Source: an uncultured Phycisphaerales bacterium (lineage in GTDB: Bacteria; Planctomycetota; Phycisphaerae; Tepidisphaerales; Tepidisphaeraceae). Taken from it: a DNA stretch of 64,000 nt. How positions within the stretch are numbered: position 1 is the stretch's first letter; each line of letters begins with the position of its first letter. The notes under the pieces are model-generated. The model did not search any database. It had not been told where the DNA came from and saw nothing but the letters and a program-made list of their open reading frames with translations. Shown piece after piece: positions 59,824 through 64,000 of the stretch. The stretch is from assembly GCA_963844715.1 (NCBI GenBank), contig CAWJPJ010000008.1:640001-704000 (forward strand), in the 5' to 3' direction. The position numbers were made by a program, and so were the translations under genes.

Positions 59824-59852
59824 CAATCAGACCCTCCGTATAATCACCCGCC

Positions 59853-61046
<1,194 letters not shown>

Positions 61047-61052
61047 GCGGCG

Positions 61053-61182
61053 GAAATCCGAAACCCGAAACCCGAAACCCGAAATCCGAATCAAACCAGA
61101 ATGCCCAAATGACGAAATGGTCTTTTCGCTCATTCGGTCATTCGGATTTGATTCTGGTTTCGGGTTTCTGGTTTCGGATTTT
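61053..61182. repeat. Heptamer-built long palindrome (family B), copy 3
   Basis: GAAATCC(GAAACCC)3GAAATCCGAATCAAACCAGAATG...CATTCGGATTTGATTCTGGTTTCGGGTTTCTGGTTTCGGATTT, between convergent genes. Confidence 0.88.
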
Positions 61183-61415
61183 CAAGCGGTTCGCCCGAAC
61201 CGCGCCTTAAACGCCTCAAGCGACTCCACCCCCGGCGGCAACTTCGCCTCCTCGGCCAGCAAAACCGGAATCCCCTCGCGGATCGGATAGCGCAACCCGC
61301 CCGTTTCGGCGATCAGCCACCCGGATTCCAACCGCAATCGGCTCCCCGTCACCGGACAGCGAAGAATATCCAGGATCTGTGCGTCCAGGCCGGCGTTGGT
61401 TTTGGTTTCAGCCAT
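61182..61415 (-). CDS. Trm112/YcaR-family protein
   Basis: LDILRCPVT...YPIREGIPVLLAEEA. Confidence 0.88.
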   Translation of the reverse strand: MAETKTNAGLDAQILDILRCPVTGSRLRLESGWLIAETGGLRYPIREGIPVLLAEEAKLPPGVESLEAFKARFGRTA

Positions 61416-61492
61416 GCCGCGGAAGTATAGGGAAATGGGCGGTTCTTGTATAATTTCAGAATGCGACATACAGACGCTAAGACGTATGGAGC

Positions 61493-61756
61493 ATGCCGAT
61501 GCGATTAGCCAAAGTGACCTTGAGCGCGGACAAGGACCTTATCAAAAAGGGGAAGCAACTGGCCGAAAAGGAGGGAACATCGCTTTCCTCGATGTTTTCC
61601 CGGTTCCTGACCGCCGTGCTGGCGCGGCGGGGGAAGCGGCGACCCGCCGGTCCGTTGACGCGGAAGGCGACCGGATTAGCCAAGCTTCCGGCATCGACGA
61701 CCGATCGTGAACTCCTCGAGGACGCATTGAGCGACAAATACGGGCGGGCGCGATGA
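61493..61756 (+). CDS. DUF6364-like ribbon-helix-helix antitoxin
   Basis: KVTLSADKDLIKKGKQLAEKEGTSLSSMFSRFL...LSDKYG. Confidence 0.75.
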   Translation: MPMRLAKVTLSADKDLIKKGKQLAEKEGTSLSSMFSRFLTAVLARRGKRRPAGPLTRKATGLAKLPASTTDRELLEDALSDKYGRAR

Positions 61757-61833
61757 CGGCCTTCGTCGATACCAATGTGCAACTGCCCGTCCGGTCACCC
61801 GCCGAGTTCCTGGCGGCCCGTTCGTTCGATTAG
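61753..61833 (+). pseudogene. Internally deleted PIN/VapC toxin (26 codons)
   Basis: ATGA overlap with the antitoxin. MTAFVDTNV-Q-LPVRSPAEFLAARSFD* joins a PIN N-terminal motif directly to a PIN C-terminal motif. Confidence 0.75.
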
Positions 61834-61861
61834 GCGCGATGAACGAATCGCGGAGGCGATC

Positions 61862-62393
61862 ATGAGCAACTCAAGCTGGACCATCCGGCAGCTATCCGCC
61901 GTCAGCGACCCCGAACTTGAATCGCTCTGCGACGTTTTGCTCGATTGCGTCGAAGGCGGCGCATCCGTCAGCTTCATGCATCCCCTAACGCGCAACCGCG
62001 CGATGGCGTTTTGGCGCAAGGTTGCCGAGGGCGTCGCCAATGGCGAGCGGATTTTGATTATCGCCGAGGACGAACTGGGATTGTGCGGCACCGTGCAGCT
62101 CATCGTCGGCTTGCCGGAGAATCAGCCGCATCGCGCCGATCTGGCGAAGATGCTCGTGCTGCGCCGGGCCCGGCGGCGGGGACTGGGAGAAGCACTCATG
62201 CGCACCGCCGAAGCGGCAGCGCACAGAGCTTGGCAAAACCCTGCTCGTCCTCGATGCCGTCACCGGTGGCGACCCCGCGCGGCTCTACCAGCGGCTAGGC
62301 TGGGTCCGCGTCGGAGATATCCCGAACTACGCCCTCATGCCCGACGGACAGCCGTGCGGTACGACTTACTTTTATCGCGACCTTCGCCAGTGA
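61862..62393 (+). CDS. GNAT acetyltransferase, Ttr-like (frameshift ~62225)
   Basis: DCVEGGASVSFM, ENQPHRADLAKMLV, RRRGLG, LLVLD, IPNYAL. Confidence 0.88.
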
Positions 62394-62401
62394 TTCGCGG
62401 G

Positions 62402-63223
62402 CTATCCCTTGATGAAGGCCAGCAATTCCTGATTGATCTGTTCCTTCAGCGTCGTGCACATGCCGTGCGGAGCGCCGTGAATGACTTTGAGCTTGGCGTT
62501 TTTGACGATTTTCGACGATTGCATGGCCGCCGCCGCGATCGGGACGATCTGGTCATCGTCGCCGTGCAGGATCAGCGTCGGAACGTCGAATTTCTTCAGG
62601 TCTTCGGTCATATCTGTTTCCGAAAAGGCCTTGATGCAGAAATACGACGCGGGGAATCCGCACAACATGCCTTGCGTCCAGAAACTGCTGCGAACGCCTT
62701 CGGAAATCCTGGCGCCGGGGCGGTTATAGCCGTAGAACGGCATCGAGAGGTCTTTCCAGAACTGGGACCGATCGTTGACGACCGCTGTTCGCAATTGATC
62801 GAACACATCCATGGGCAGCCCCACCGGATTGGCCGGGGTTTTCAGCATCAGCGGAGGAACCGCGCTGATGAGGACCGCCTTGGCGACACGCTTGGTGCCG
62901 TGACGACCGATGTAACGGGCGACTTCGCCTCCGCCGGTCGAGTGACCGACGTGGACAGCGTTCTTTATATCAAGCTTCTCGGTTAACTCCGCCAGGTCGT
63001 CGGCGTAGGTGTCCATATCGTTCCCCTGCCACGGCTGACCGGACCGGCCGTGCCCCCGGCGATCATGGGCGATGCAGCGATAACCCTGCGAACTCAGAAA
63101 ATACATCTGATCTTCGAAGGCGTCGGCGCTCAGAGGCCAGCCATGACTAAAAACAATCGGCTGCCCCTTGCCCCAGTCGTTGTAAAAAATCTCCATGCCG
63201 TCTCGAGTCGTGATTCTGGACAT
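62402..63223 (-). CDS. cpo: Non-heme chloroperoxidase-like alpha/beta hydrolase
   Basis: [41 protein letters not shown]. Confidence 0.9.
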   Translation of the reverse strand: MSRITTRDGMEIFYNDWGKGQPIVFSHGWPLSADAFEDQMYFLSSQGYRCIAHDRRGHGRSGQPWQGNDMDTYADDLAELTEKLDIKNAVHVGHSTGGGEVARYIGRHGTKRVAKAVLISAVPPLMLKTPANPVGLPMDVFDQLRTAVVNDRSQFWKDLSMPFYGYNRPGARISEGVRSSFWTQGMLCGFPASYFCIKAFSETDMTEDLKKFDVPTLILHGDDDQIVPIAAAAMQSSKIVKNAKLKVIHGAPHGMCTTLKEQINQELLAFIKG

Positions 63224-63462
63224 GCGTTGACTCCTTTCGCGCGGAATTCAGCGAGATTCCGCAGGGGTGTGGGTTTCGGACGCGGTTGCTCAGCCAATCG
63301 CACAAATCCTAGCTCGCGGCGGCGAGTTTAGTCACCAACAAAATCTAAATTTTACGGATCACAGTTAATATCCGCGCACCCTTTCAACCCTCCCCCGTAT
63401 TCCCAATATTTTTCGCATTTCTCGCAAGCGTAAGACTCTTCGGCCTTTGCGGATCATGGTGC

Positions 63463-63576
63463 AACCGCAGAGGACGCCCGGTGAACGCGGAACGCGGAGA
63501 TAGATACAGGATACTCCGTCTTTAGATCGTATTTCCCTCTCCTCCAATCTCCGCGCTCTCCGCGTCCTCTGCGGTT
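63463..63576. repeat. Family C palindrome
   Basis: Perfect 15-bp terminal IR AACCGCAGAGGACGC...GCGTCCTCTGCGGTT with internal CGCGGA units. Confidence 0.8.
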
Positions 63577-63718
63577 CATTTCCCCTATTAGAATTAGTGG
63601 GTTACGCCAAAGTCGGAGAATGCCGCAGCAATTCGGCGGAGCACGGCGTTAGCCTTGTCGGAATTCGAGCCAGTTCTTGGAACGTTTCAGTGAATCCTCT
63701 AAAGTTGAATTTTGTCCC

Positions 63719-64000
63719 TTGGCAAAATTAGCCGACAAGATTCGCAGCGCAGGTTCGGAAAGAGCGCTATGTCTTCAGCGTTCACGCCAACGACGTTCTT
63801 AGAAGCCGGCACATTATGGCATGGCAGGTTGTGGAGGGCTTGGACGTCGCTACGGTTGCGCGCGAGAGGCCGGATGCACAGCCCAACCCGGTGGTTGAAT
63901 TTGACCAGCGATTGGCCGACGGAACGGCCGTAAAGGTTGTATGGGCGTGGATTTCCCGTCCCCGCATCGCTAAACTTGTGACGGTGCACTTCTATAACAG
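63719..64000 (+). CDS. DUF4258-like (BrnT/RelE-type) putative toxin; 1-nt frameshift ~63752; runs off the window
   Basis: Not in the ORF track. Hand translation: MAKLADKIRSA/VRKERYVFSVHANDVLRSRHI...VKVVWAW...AKLVTVHFYN. Confidence 0.6.

Noticed and set aside
63699..63989. Minus-strand 96-aa ORF at the right edge
   Set aside because: The plus-strand frame gives a more recognisable DUF4258-like protein.

Overview
GC-rich bacterial chromosome segment, most likely Planctomycetota (Phycisphaerae/Tepidisphaerales-like). This is inferred from an LEPR-XLL exoprotein, three PEP-CTERM proteins, a DUF1800/DUF1501 pair and a MoxR-DUF58-BatA-prenyltransferase-NPCBM operon. About 26 genes, including murA, gap and tsaE, carry small frameshifts that look like long-read assembly errors, so I rejoined the CDSs by hand and junction positions are approximate. 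Housekeeping and metabolic genes: GT3 glycogen synthase-like, glcF/glcE-like, tsaE, ino1, murA, mqnD, prkA-yeaH, glucose dehydrogenase plus GH63, rplU, gap, mutM, carA. Surface and signalling genes: an SdrD-B adhesin, REC-GGDEF, TIR-TM, and TPR-GT41. There are also decayed toxin-antitoxin loci. No rRNA, tRNA, CRISPR array or classical transposase was seen. The main unexplained signal is a DUF559 (Vsr-like) endonuclease gene bracketed by inverted BoxC-like palindromes. The same palindrome occurs about 13 times in the window: as gene-less doublets with the cassette's geometry, and as ~100-118 bp units, two with apparent 3-bp target duplications and one inside a coding sequence. This suggests a nuclease-plus-repeat mobile system. 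At least four other short palindromic repeat families co-occur.
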